DNA of 64,000 bases from a virus (Duplodnaviria > Heunggongvirae > Uroviricota > Caudoviricetes): positions 1-64,000 of the IMG/VR virus record IMGVR_UViG_3300014208_000001; one strand, written 5' to 3'. The stretch's first letter is position 1, and every line of letters begins with the position of its first letter. The translations under genes and the position numbers were made by a program. This document shows positions 37,069 through 45,956 of the stretch, piece after piece. A model generated the notes under the pieces. That model did no database searches. It saw only the letters and a list, made by a program, of their open reading frames with translations, and had not been told where the DNA came from.

Positions 37069-37442
37069 TTGATATGGTTATTGTTGATTTGTTTAAGAGG
37101 AAGTTGATTGGTACGTGTCCTGATCTTTGGGTTTCTGCTGAGATTTATAAAGGGGTGCCGATTAGTACTAAACCTATTGTATCTATATTTATTGCTAATG
37201 CTTCTGGTGGTGCGTGGAGTTGTATTGGTGATTGTGTTATTTATGATAGTAGTATTGTTGCTGAGTTGAAAACTATTGGTGGTATTGAGACTAGTTTTAA
37301 TGATCGTGATAAGGTTTCGTTTGATTTGGGTGATATGGATGTTTTGGATAGGTTGTTTGAGTATGTGGTGTGTCGGGCTCGTGAGTGTGATGGGGCGTTT
37401 AAACGTCTTCGTCGTAAGTCATGGGAGTCGCGTTATAAATGA
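37065..37442 (+). CDS. hypothetical protein, possibly divergent family member
   Basis: ATGA-coupled; VSFDLGDM. Confidence 0.6.
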   Translation: MIDMVIVDLFKRKLIGTCPDLWVSAEIYKGVPISTKPIVSIFIANASGGAWSCIGDCVIYDSSIVAELKTIGGIETSFNDRDKVSFDLGDMDVLDRLFEYVVCRARECDGAFKRLRRKSWESRYK

Positions 37443-37857
37443 AGTCGGTTATGGTTGTGTAGTCTGATAGTAGTATTTTGTTTGTTTTGCGGCATATTCC
37501 GTTATTATAGGTTGGTATCATTAGTTCTATTATTTTTTCTGTGATTGTTAGTGTTATTTTGTTGTTGTGTAGCTCTCCTGCTATGATTAGTGATTCTTCT
37601 ATGTTTAGTGATGTGGCGGTGGGGGTTCCGCGTATTCGTCTTTCTATTTTGGCTAGTCTGTTAATTAGTATTTCGGTGTCTGTTAGTATGATTTGGTGGA
37701 GTGGGTTGGTTATTGGCTGGGTGGTGTGGTTTGTATCGAATAGTCTGTGTCCGTCTAGTAAGTTGAGTGGGTTTATTGTGACTATGTAGTTGTAGTAACT
37801 GTTTGATTGTGTTACGTTTCCGTATCGTACTGTGGCGTTTATTATTATATGGTACAT
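37399..37857 (-). CDS. paralogue family member (coding strand C/A-biased)
   Basis: TNPLHQIILTDT...ILLSDYTTI. Confidence 0.72.
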   Translation of the reverse strand: MYHIIINATVRYGNVTQSNSYYNYIVTINPLNLLDGHRLFDTNHTTQPITNPLHQIILTDTEILINRLAKIERRIRGTPTATSLNIEESLIIAGELHNNKITLTITEKIIELMIPTYNNGICRKTNKILLSDYTTITDFIYNATPMTYDEDV

Positions 37858-38216
37858 ATGTGGTCCTTTAGTGTTGTGAATTCTGATAGGGGTATTTTTA
37901 GTATGTCTGGGGTAATTTGGGATTCGAATACTATTTGTGTGTCTGTTATCGATATGTATAGTCGTCCTAGCATTGGTAATTGATGATATGTGCCGCTTAT
38001 TCTTAGGTATGATAATAATAGTGCGGTTGGTTCTATGAGTGTTTGTTTTGCTTCGTTTAGTAGGAGTTCGTGGAGCGGGTTATCGATTGGTTTGGTTTGG
38101 TGCATTAATCCATTGTGTATTATTGTTCCGTTGAATTTTTTATGTGGGTTTAGTGTTATTATGTGGCCTTGTAAATTGGCTTGGTATACTTTATTGGTTA
38201 TTACGTGATATTTCAT
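37845..38216 (-). CDS. paralogue family member
   Basis: MKYH...NPLHELLLNEA...IPLSEF. Confidence 0.72.
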   Translation of the reverse strand: MKYHVITNKVYQANLQGHIITLNPHKKFNGTIIHNGLMHQTKPIDNPLHELLLNEAKQTLIEPTALLLSYLRISGTYHQLPMLGRLYISITDTQIVFESQITPDILKIPLSEFTTLKDHICTI

Positions 38217-38583
38217 TTATTTCTTTCAGGTGTTTTTCTATTGTTGTGTATGTGTGGTATGGTATTTTGTAGGTGATATCGGATGTTGACATTGATAGTG
38301 AAGTTTCGTTTAATCGTATAGATACTATATTATTATTGTATATTCCTGTTATGTGGCACCCGGCTCGTATCATTGCTGATGTTATTGTTATTGTGTTTTC
38401 TATATCGTTTATAATTAGTGAGTATATGCTGTCGTTGTCTATCTCTTCAAAATTATAATGTTTATTTAGTGGTACATTTGATAATAGTCTTAGTGGGTTT
38501 AATTTTACTATGTATCCTATTTTATCGTTTGCGTATTCTACGCCATTTTCAGTGTATGATATGTTTGTTATTTTGTAGTACAT
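38191..38583 (-). CDS. paralogue family member
   Basis: SIYSLIINDI...IPYHTYTTI. Confidence 0.72.
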   Translation of the reverse strand: MYYKITNISYTENGVEYANDKIGYIVKLNPLRLLSNVPLNKHYNFEEIDNDSIYSLIINDIENTITITSAMIRAGCHITGIYNNNIVSIRLNETSLSMSTSDITYKIPYHTYTTIEKHLKEINEISRNNQ

Positions 38584-39005
38584 TGATATGCTTCGGTTAA
38601 GTGTTTGGTGATTGAGGTGTATTCTGAGTACTTGATTTCGAATATTTTGTGGCGGATGTGTATAATGATGCGAGCTTGTGTTAAAAATATTAATAAACTG
38701 TGTATTACGTTATCGATTTTGTATTTTGCTTGTATTCTGATATCATCATCATAATTTATACCTGGTATGATGCTTGTTTGTGCGTCAAAGTCTAATATTG
38801 TAGCTGATATAATTGTTATTTCTTTTTCTTTTAATATATCTGATATAACAATGGTGTATAAATCATTGTTTAATGGTCTGTAAGTATGATATGCTAAGCA
38901 GACAACATCTCCTGATAATAATTTGCTTGATTCTAACTGTATTATACGTCCATATAGAGAGCTGGTAACTGTGGAACTTTCAATAGTTGTTATTATACAA
39001 AACAT
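38568..39005 (-). CDS. paralogue family member
   Basis: NDLYTIVISDI...IKYSEY. Confidence 0.72.
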   Translation of the reverse strand: MFCIITTIESSTVTSSLYGRIIQLESSKLLSGDVVCLAYHTYRPLNNDLYTIVISDILKEKEITIISATILDFDAQTSIIPGINYDDDIRIQAKYKIDNVIHSLLIFLTQARIIIHIRHKIFEIKYSEYTSITKHLTEAYQCTTK

Positions 39006-39010
39006 ATTAT

Positions 39011-39448
39011 TTATTGCTTTGGTTGATACGTTGGTATAATTTTTTGAATTGATTGTTCTAATATTTGTTTATCATATTCTATTAAGTTTATTGTGTGTTG
39101 TACGCCTGTGCTCTTGGCTGCATAAGCTAATTTATGTGAGTGACTTGTATCTGTTGAGTTCATATATATTCTTTTGTCTGTGATTGTGATTACAAGTCGT
39201 ATTACGTCTATCGTACTTATTATTTGCAATTGACGTTGATTGTCGAATACTTCGGCGTATATTATTTTTAATAATTTTGAGATATCTTGCAATAATAAAA
39301 TGTGTATTGGGTTTTTCAATGGGTATATTTTTAGTACTGGTGATGTTTCTATATGTGTTCCATTTAGTAATACTATGAAATCATTTGATTTTGTTGCTAT
39401 TCTTCCGTCGTATCTGTTAATTACGTGGTCTTCGATTATGTAGTACAT
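39011..39448 (-). CDS. paralogue family member
   Basis: NPIHILLLQDI...INLIEY. Confidence 0.72.
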   Translation of the reverse strand: MYYIIEDHVINRYDGRIATKSNDFIVLLNGTHIETSPVLKIYPLKNPIHILLLQDISKLLKIIYAEVFDNQRQLQIISTIDVIRLVITITDKRIYMNSTDTSHSHKLAYAAKSTGVQHTINLIEYDKQILEQSIQKIIPTYQPKQ

Positions 39449-39849
39449 TTTATGATTTCGATCAACCTTTCTAATGTGTAATCGGTGTAATGCAATGCTG
39501 TGTAATTATTATTTGTGTTTATTTCTAAAAATGTTGGACCTATTACTATTGTTGTTGGTAAAAAAGTTGGCAGCGTATCACACGGTGTTGTGTCTAGTAA
39601 TAATCTTGGTGTTTTAACCATTAAGTAGTGTGCTGATACAATTTTGACGATTTGTGATACATCATTGATAATTGTATTTTCTAGATCATTTAATTTTCGT
39701 GCTTCGACTGTTTTTATAGGTACTGATATGTCTCCATTGAAGCTAACGTAATTTTCTCCTATTTGTGTTACTATTTCATCATATAGTACGTATACTGAAT
39801 TGTTTGTACTTTGTATTGGCCTTTTTTGTAGTTCGTAGTATATTTTCAT
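39436..39849 (-). CDS. paralogue family member
   Basis: LNDLENTIINDV...LHYTDY. Confidence 0.72.
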   Translation of the reverse strand: MKIYYELQKRPIQSTNNSVYVLYDEIVTQIGENYVSFNGDISVPIKTVEARKLNDLENTIINDVSQIVKIVSAHYLMVKTPRLLLDTTPCDTLPTFLPTTIVIGPTFLEINTNNNYTALHYTDYTLERLIEIIKCTT

Positions 39850-40199
39850 ATTATATTTTTTAATTTTTGTGGGGTGTATTCTGATAATCGTATTAGTTTT
39901 TTAAATGTTAAATCAACTCTTATTACAATTTCTGAGTTTGTAATACAGATGTGTAATCGTGTTGATTTATTGTTGCCGGTTAGGACGATTGAATTAGTAT
40001 TATCGATTGCGTATCCGTTACAGACAGTGTATAGTTTAATGACGTCATTTAATATTACTTGATATACATCACTTAATATAATTAAGTGTTTTGTGTCTGG
40101 GGGTAGTAAGTATGGCGATAATGTATAAATGTCATTGTTTAATTCGTAAACAATTTGATTATTGTATAGTTTGTTGTCTTTGATTACGTAATAGATCAT
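39846..40199 (-). CDS. paralogue family member
   Basis: LSDVYQVILNDV...IRLSEY. Confidence 0.75.
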   Translation of the reverse strand: MIYYVIKDNKLYNNQIVYELNNDIYTLSPYLLPPDTKHLIILSDVYQVILNDVIKLYTVCNGYAIDNTNSIVLTGNNKSTRLHICITNSEIVIRVDLTFKKLIRLSEYTPQKLKNII

Positions 40200-40546
40200 A
40201 AATTTGTATACTCTAATAGTGGTATTGTTTCATTTACGTATTTGTCTAATTTATATGATAATGGTGATGCTTTTGATATTTTTATTTCTTTATCTGTTAC
40301 TACTATAGTCATGTGAATATATTCATCAGAAGTACCATAAATATGTAATCTGTTATTGTTTAATGTGGCGCATCTTATACTCATTGCTTCTAGTGCGTCG
40401 TTTATGATTATGTTATATATTATCGGTACTTTTATCATTTTTGATTTTGTTGCTATTCCTCGGGTTGTTCCGTGTATGGTTTTTGTGAAATAATTTTGTA
40501 TGTATACTATTTCTGATGTTGGCGAATAGATATAATGGTCTCTCAT
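40196..40546 (-). CDS. paralogue family member
   Basis: PIIYNIIINDA...YKLDKY. Confidence 0.72.
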   Translation of the reverse strand: MRDHYIYSPTSEIVYIQNYFTKTIHGTTRGIATKSKMIKVPIIYNIIINDALEAMSIRCATLNNNRLHIYGTSDEYIHMTIVVTDKEIKISKASPLSYKLDKYVNETIPLLEYTNL

Positions 40547-40932
40547 AGTTTGCGTTTGCATGCTTTTTTGAGTGTTTCGTATGAATAATTAATTAGTTTT
40601 ATGCGGTTTTCGTATGTTTCAGTTGGTGATAATCTTGATATTATGATGGTATCTATTAGGATTGTTATTGATATTAATTTGGGAGCTGATGCGAGTATAT
40701 TGATGCTTTCGATACTTTCATTTTGTAGAAGGGGTAAATTTGCGCCGGTGGCTGACTCTATTGATTTAGATATTTTATGTATATCATTTAATATGATTTG
40801 GTTTATGTTGTTTAATTTGATTAATGGGATAGTTTGTATACCACCTGATAATGATAATGCTCCGCACATATTATAGTAGGACCCATTTACTTTGGTCACT
40901 ATTGTTCTGTCATGTAAATAGTATGTTTTCAT
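40543..40932 (-). CDS. paralogue family member
   Basis: MKTYY...LNNINQIILNDI...IKLINY. Confidence 0.72.
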   Translation of the reverse strand: MKTYYLHDRTIVTKVNGSYYNMCGALSLSGGIQTIPLIKLNNINQIILNDIHKISKSIESATGANLPLLQNESIESINILASAPKLISITILIDTIIISRLSPTETYENRIKLINYSYETLKKACKRKL

Positions 40933-41348
40933 AATTTGATGTATGATAATCCTAAATTTTTGATTACTTCTTTGATTGATGGTAATTTTTCATAGTCAGT
41001 CATATTTATTTTATATATATAAGTGTAGCTATATGGATTGAGTATTATATTTATTCCTGATGGGAGCATGTTTACTTTTATTTCTCCTGTGAGTCCTGGG
41101 TACGTACCATAAATTGATAAATTGTTTGTATTATGGCAGTATGTTCCTGATTTCACATGCATTATTTTATGGGCGTCGAATATTATTATTTGGCAGAATG
41201 CGTCTAATAACACGATATTAGGTGAATTTATGTTTATTTTGCTTAGTGTTATTTTATTGAGTGTTTTGTATTTGGTTCGTTTGCGGTATACAATATGTGT
41301 ATTGTTCTCATTTGTTTCGTCATTTATGTAATAATAGTTTGTGGTCAT
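40929..41348 (-). CDS. paralogue family member
   Basis: LDAFCQIIIFDA...INMTDY. Confidence 0.72.
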   Translation of the reverse strand: MTTNYYYINDETNENNTHIVYRKRTKYKTLNKITLSKININSPNIVLLDAFCQIIIFDAHKIMHVKSGTYCHNTNNLSIYGTYPGLTGEIKVNMLPSGINIILNPYSYTYIYKINMTDYEKLPSIKEVIKNLGLSYIKL

Positions 41349-41356
41349 GTGATTCT

Positions 41357-41384
41357 TTTACAACGCATGTTTAATTTGTAATAT
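41357..41384 (+). promoter_or_regulatory. promoter-like motif between divergent blocks
   Basis: TTTACA-N14-TGTAATAT; ATG 7 nt later. Confidence 0.62.
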
Positions 41385-41390
41385 GTGACT

Positions 41391-41714
41391 ATGGAACGCA
41401 GAGTATATTATGAAACGACTTTTGGTGAAGTTGTTATAAAGTGTGGTATCTTTCATTATACGCTTAGTGATAGATGGTGTATTGATCCTATTGAAGGTGA
41501 AGTAAATGAGATTTATACTGTTTTGATTGATGATATTGTTGAATATTTGAGCAGTATTTTATCTGTTTATATTGATCATGATGATCGATTAATGTTTGAA
41601 GGACGTAAGGATAATGAAGTGGTTCATGGTAATGTTGATGATTCAATTTTTACCATGACAGTTGGCCAGAAACAAATTACTGTGACACTTGATCAATACG
41701 CGGGACTCAAATGA
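41391..41714 (+). CDS. paralogue family member
   Basis: RVYY...VNEIYTVLIDDI...VTLDQY. Confidence 0.75.
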   Translation: MERRVYYETTFGEVVIKCGIFHYTLSDRWCIDPIEGEVNEIYTVLIDDIVEYLSSILSVYIDHDDRLMFEGRKDNEVVHGNVDDSIFTMTVGQKQITVTLDQYAGLK

Positions 41715-42127
41715 TTATTTTCACGAGAGATACTTATTTTACTAATATTCAACCATGGATTTATAATGGTAAAATATTAACCAATCCTGTGCGAGATTCT
41801 GATATTATTTTGGGCGAGATACACCAGATTATTCTTAATTATATATTTACGTTTTGTTTAAAGCATGGTTTGGATTGTAATAGCCAATTAGTTCATTGTT
41901 TTGATTCTGCTGATGTAATTGATATTGGTGTTCATAGCGTAAATGCGGATGATTCTGTTGCTCTCATTTTTAATTTACAAATTACTAATATTGGTATTTT
42001 ACTGTATGTTGATTCTTATCGTACTGGGGTTGATATTGATTACTCTCCAACTTTTGCTGAGTTAGATTTTGATATGCTCACTGGGCATTTGGAATCATGT
42101 TTAGATGATTGTGATGTGGGCACATGA
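41711..42127 (+). CDS. paralogue family member
   Basis: LGEIHQIILNYI...PTFAEL. Confidence 0.68.
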   Translation: MIIFTRDTYFTNIQPWIYNGKILTNPVRDSDIILGEIHQIILNYIFTFCLKHGLDCNSQLVHCFDSADVIDIGVHSVNADDSVALIFNLQITNIGILLYVDSYRTGVDIDYSPTFAELDFDMLTGHLESCLDDCDVGT

Positions 42128-42456
42128 AATATTATTATGATAACGATAATCATATTTGTTATGCGATTTCTTTTGATGGTGAAACAATAAAATATAAGCG
42201 GATTTTTGAATATGCTGATTATGAGATTTATTGTGTATATGATATAGAAGATGTATTATGTGCGATAATTGATGATTTCGTTGATTATTGTGATCATGTT
42301 ACGCATAGTTATGCATGCGAAAATTCTATATGTATAAATGGTATTAAGGATAAGAAAATGGTCAATGTGCATGTTAAAGGTGGCAAAATATCATATTTTA
42401 TCAATTCTAAAAAAACAATGCACGTTACTTTTATTGAGTACTGTGGGTTTAAATGA
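42124..42456 (+). CDS. paralogue family member
   Basis: MKYYY...EDVLCAIIDDF...VTFIEY. Confidence 0.75.
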   Translation: MKYYYDNDNHICYAISFDGETIKYKRIFEYADYEIYCVYDIEDVLCAIIDDFVDYCDHVTHSYACENSICINGIKDKKMVNVHVKGGKISYFINSKKTMHVTFIEYCGFK

Positions 42457-42833
42457 ACAAGTTAGTTCAAATTATAAGAAGTATTAATGGCGATACTTAT
42501 AATGGTATTGTTGCTGAAAATATTTATGGCCGTCTTTATATTAATGATAATTTTATAGGTAATGATACTGATTTTGTTACTCAGAAATTAAATGATGTGT
42601 ATAGTTCTATAACCATTGAATGTATTGATTTGATGGATATATATAGTATTGATATTTTTCATCATTATAAGAATAATTATAATGAAATACAAGAAAGATT
42701 GTGCATTCATGGGTCTTTTGAGCATCAAGATGTGCATGTGTGGGCTGATTATGAGTCTGTGACCATATTTTATCGTAATAAAACAGTGGCGATTCCTTTG
42801 ATTGACTTCGCTAATATAAAAGATTATATATGA
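42453..42833 (+). CDS. paralogue family member
   Basis: LNDVYSSITIEC...IPLIDF. Confidence 0.72.
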   Translation: MNKLVQIIRSINGDTYNGIVAENIYGRLYINDNFIGNDTDFVTQKLNDVYSSITIECIDLMDIYSIDIFHHYKNNYNEIQERLCIHGSFEHQDVHVWADYESVTIFYRNKTVAIPLIDFANIKDYI

Positions 42834-43213
42834 AATATTATTACGATCCAGATATTAGGATCAATAATGTGTATAAAATTAATGATAATGGAAGATTCGT
42901 ATGTGTTACTGATAGTGATGTGTTTGCTTCGTCCGAGTCGCTTATAGAAGAAGCGTCTGAATTATATTCTTTGTTGATTGGTGATTTGTCTAATGTAGTT
43001 ATGATAAGTAATTTATCGATGTTTGTTGAATGTTTAATTATAAATGCTTATTTGTCTAAATCAAGAATTGATATAATTATAAATGAATTGAATATAGGAT
43101 ATATGATTAATGATGATACTACGACGTCATATATTAATTTGTGCGATTATACCGGTTTTGATTTTCTTAGAATAGCTGTTAAAAATAAAGAAAGAAGGGA
43201 AAGGGTATTTTAA
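42830..43213 (+). CDS. paralogue family member
   Basis: MKYYY...SELYSLLIGDL...INLCDYTGF. Confidence 0.75.
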   Translation: MKYYYDPDIRINNVYKINDNGRFVCVTDSDVFASSESLIEEASELYSLLIGDLSNVVMISNLSMFVECLIINAYLSKSRIDIIINELNIGYMINDDTTTSYINLCDYTGFDFLRIAVKNKERRERVF

Positions 43214-43533
43214 TGGCTAATTGGTATTTTAGCGATACACATATGAATGTAATTAGTGGTGTTGTGCAAGATATCACACAGTGTAAGAGTGTCGCTATAG
43301 AATCTATTCCTGACATGTATGCTGTTATTCTTGATGAGTTTGCGTCATTGTGGGTCATCGATTATGCTGGTTTATTTAAACCGAACAATTCACCTGAATT
43401 TTTGAGAGCATGGGGCGGCAGTAATATTTTAGAGATTCATGCTAGTGAGATTTTTTTATATGCTCATAGTATGACATTTCGTAGTAGGTTGATTGATTTT
43501 GTTAGTATTAGAAATATGATTGGTAATAAATGA
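43213..43533 (+). CDS. paralogue family member
   Basis: IPDMYAVILDEF...SRLIDF. Confidence 0.72.
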   Translation: MANWYFSDTHMNVISGVVQDITQCKSVAIESIPDMYAVILDEFASLWVIDYAGLFKPNNSPEFLRAWGGSNILEIHASEIFLYAHSMTFRSRLIDFVSIRNMIGNK

Positions 43534-43922
43534 TTTATTACGCTTATAAAAATGATGTTATTTATTATGTTGATGGTGTTTGTGTTAGTTTAAGTGGTGT
43601 AGAATATGATAGTGATCCAAAAGATGATCCGATTTATAATATTGTGGAAATTCAGGAGATTTTTTGTTGTTTGATTGATGAGTTTAGGGAATTGTTTCAA
43701 ATTAGTGATGCGTTGTCTGGGCGGATGATGTCTGGTACGCGTATTATTACGGTTTATTATAATAATACATCGTTAAGATTGTACCCAGATAGGTTCAGAT
43801 TGACTATATATGGGGTTTTGAAACATTTTAGTGAGGGTGGGTTACTAAATCAGAACAGTGAGATTACAGTGTTTTATCATGATTATACTAATTTAAAAGA
43901 ACATTTATCGCAATTATACTAA
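43530..43922 (+). CDS. paralogue family member
   Basis: MIYY...QEIFCCLIDEF...VFYHDYTNL. Confidence 0.75.
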   Translation: MIYYAYKNDVIYYVDGVCVSLSGVEYDSDPKDDPIYNIVEIQEIFCCLIDEFRELFQISDALSGRMMSGTRIITVYYNNTSLRLYPDRFRLTIYGVLKHFSEGGLLNQNSEITVFYHDYTNLKEHLSQLY

Positions 43923-44111
43923 TTTATCGTTCTCTTTAGCCCATCTTTCGTATAATTCTGCGAATTGGTCTAAGCCAAATCGTTTTATATTATCTGCTAG
44001 ATTAGTTAATGATTCGCATAATTCATTTTCAGTATTGTGTACAATTGAAAATGAAATTGGAAATTGCCCGTCTTCTGATTTTCTATCTATGATTAATGTG
44101 TATTCTGTCAT
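43914..44111 (-). CDS. hypothetical protein
   Basis: GGAGG RBS. Confidence 0.6.
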   Translation of the reverse strand: MTEYTLIIDRKSEDGQFPISFSIVHNTENELCESLTNLADNIKRFGLDQFAELYERWAKENDKLV

Positions 44112-44128
44112 TTTTTCCTCCGTTGTAT

Positions 44129-44156
44129 TTTACGGTAATGTTTCATTGTGTAAAAT
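44129..44156 (+). promoter_or_regulatory. promoter-like motif upstream of tRNA-like gene
   Basis: TTTACG-N14-TGTAAAAT. Confidence 0.62.
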
Positions 44157-44167
44157 TCTTTATTCTC

Positions 44168-44250
44168 GGGGAGGTGACAGAGTGGTCTAATGTACAGTTT
44201 TTACTGTGTACGGTTTACCGTATCGGGGGTTCGAATCCCTCCCTCTTCCG
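44168..44250 (+). tRNA. tRNA-Ser-like gene lacking an anticodon (pseudo-tRNA or mimic)
   Basis: Ser-type D arm, long variable arm UACGG-UUUA-CCGUA and T arm; anticodon arm reduced to CAGU-UUUU-ACUG. Confidence 0.75.
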
Positions 44251-44264
44251 CTTGAAAGAGTAAA

Positions 44265-44906
44265 ATGTCCAAAGAGTTAATTGAATCTCTTGAGAAAAAG
44301 TTGCGTGAGGTAACTGCCGAACGTGACGAAACCGATGCATTATTCGATTTGCAATGGAAAGCTGACCAAAGGGCTATCAAACTCTGGCAAAAAGCACATC
44401 CGGGCAAAGAGAACATATGGCCAGATCGATGTGATATGGTTGTGTGGTTAATGGACCAGTTAGACAAATTACAGAGTAAAAATCAAATGGCAACAATTGA
44501 CAAATTCGATGGCGATTTTGGATTCTTATCTAACTTTTGGCCATCTAAAGTGACCCTTGATGGTGTTGAATTTGATAATGTTGAAGCAGCATTTCAAGCT
44601 GCAAAAACACATGATTTAACCGAACGCGAAAAAATTAGATCCGCATCAACCCCAGGCAAAGCAAAGAAATTAGGCAGAAAAGTATCATTACGCGAAGATT
44701 GGAACGATATTAGAATTAGCGTTATGCGTGATTTACTACAACAAAAATTCAATAATAAAGAATTGCGTAAATTACTAATCGATACTGGTTCAGCAGCACT
44801 GGTCGAAGGTAATACATGGAACGATAAATTTTGGGGAGTTTGTGATGGCGAAGGAGAGAATAACTTGGGTAAGTTATTGATGGATATTAGAAATGCGTTA
44901 TTATAA
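44265..44906 (+). CDS. NADAR (YbiA-like) protein with N-terminal extension
   Basis: FLSNF, EAAFQAAK, PGKAKKLGR, LVEGNTWNDKFWG, GENNLGKLLM. Confidence 0.93.
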   Translation: MSKELIESLEKKLREVTAERDETDALFDLQWKADQRAIKLWQKAHPGKENIWPDRCDMVVWLMDQLDKLQSKNQMATIDKFDGDFGFLSNFWPSKVTLDGVEFDNVEAAFQAAKTHDLTEREKIRSASTPGKAKKLGRKVSLREDWNDIRISVMRDLLQQKFNNKELRKLLIDTGSAALVEGNTWNDKFWGVCDGEGENNLGKLLMDIRNALL

Positions 44907-45336
44907 GTGCATGTTTTCGGATTCGCCATTAGCAACACATCGTATATGCTCATTAATATATATTTCATATGGCATCACGACAACTAACGTTGATGACATA
45001 ATATGCAAATTTTTAGTACAAACAGACTTTGATTATAAAGCTGATTGTAATGTAAAAGTAGAAGAAATATCTGAACTTCACAATATTATAATAAATGACT
45101 TTACTAAAATTATTAAAGATATTAGTGTGGCTAATATTACTGGCAGTAACAATATTCTTGAATTAGTTGGATTTTTAGACGGCGTAAAAGTATTTTTATA
45201 TGCTGATAATAATGGGCTAGACATATACTTTGACAGCACATCAGATAGTAACAAAATTTATACAGTTAATATGTTAGAATATGATGGATTACCAATTGAA
45301 GAGCGTATGTGCAAACACCAGCTTATTGTGAATTAA
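44893..45336 (+). CDS. paralogue family member
   Basis: MRYY...ISELHNIIINDF...VNMLEYDG. Confidence 0.75.
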   Translation: MRYYKCMFSDSPLATHRICSLIYISYGITTTNVDDIICKFLVQTDFDYKADCNVKVEEISELHNIIINDFTKIIKDISVANITGSNNILELVGFLDGVKVFLYADNNGLDIYFDSTSDSNKIYTVNMLEYDGLPIEERMCKHQLIVN

Positions 45337-45606
45337 ATGCTTTATTATTCACCTATTTTGCATGAATGGGATTACGATTTGCATAAAATTGTAATCAATG
45401 ATTTTGCGGCAATTGGTGCAATCGGCACAATATGGTCAAATGGCGGCGATTCGATTCAGATAGACGGTAATTTAAAAGGATATCGTTCTAGTATTATAAT
45501 AGATGATGTTATCAAATTGCTCATATATAAAAGTACTGTTATTACAATCACAGTTAATATCGTTGACTATGTAAGTGTCTGTGATATGATCAAGGATGTC
45601 ATATGA
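45337..45606 (+). CDS. paralogue family member, short form
   Basis: DLHKIVINDF...VNIVDY. Confidence 0.72.
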   Translation: MLYYSPILHEWDYDLHKIVINDFAAIGAIGTIWSNGGDSIQIDGNLKGYRSSIIIDDVIKLLIYKSTVITITVNIVDYVSVCDMIKDVI

Positions 45607-45956
45607 AATTTTATTTTGGAGATATGCTCAATGCATCTTATAGAGATGTTTATTCTGAGGATATGTATGATTTTGGTATGAATGAACGTGGTTATTATAG
45701 AGAGCCATTAGAGACAATTCCGGTTGGAGAATTTTACGAAATATTATTAAATGATTTAATCACAATCGCCAAAATAAAGTACGCTGCACAAGTAAATGGT
45801 ATATTATATGTTGACTGTATTAAATCATCAAATCCAACACAATTAAGTATAATTGTGACCGGCTCGTATATTAAAATTGGGAAACTTTCCGCAGATATGC
45901 ATACTATCAATATTTCTGACTACAATGATTTTGTGGAAGTATTGAATAAAATATGA
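45603..45956 (+). CDS. paralogue family member
   Basis: GEFYEILLNDL...INISDY. Confidence 0.75.
   Translation: MKFYFGDMLNASYRDVYSEDMYDFGMNERGYYREPLETIPVGEFYEILLNDLITIAKIKYAAQVNGILYVDCIKSSNPTQLSIIVTGSYIKIGKLSADMHTINISDYNDFVEVLNKI

Noticed and set aside
33650-37400. Low-complexity or bisulfite-like artefact
   Set aside because: A is depleted as well as C, frames and 4-nt overlaps are intact, and family motifs persist; read mapping is still advisable
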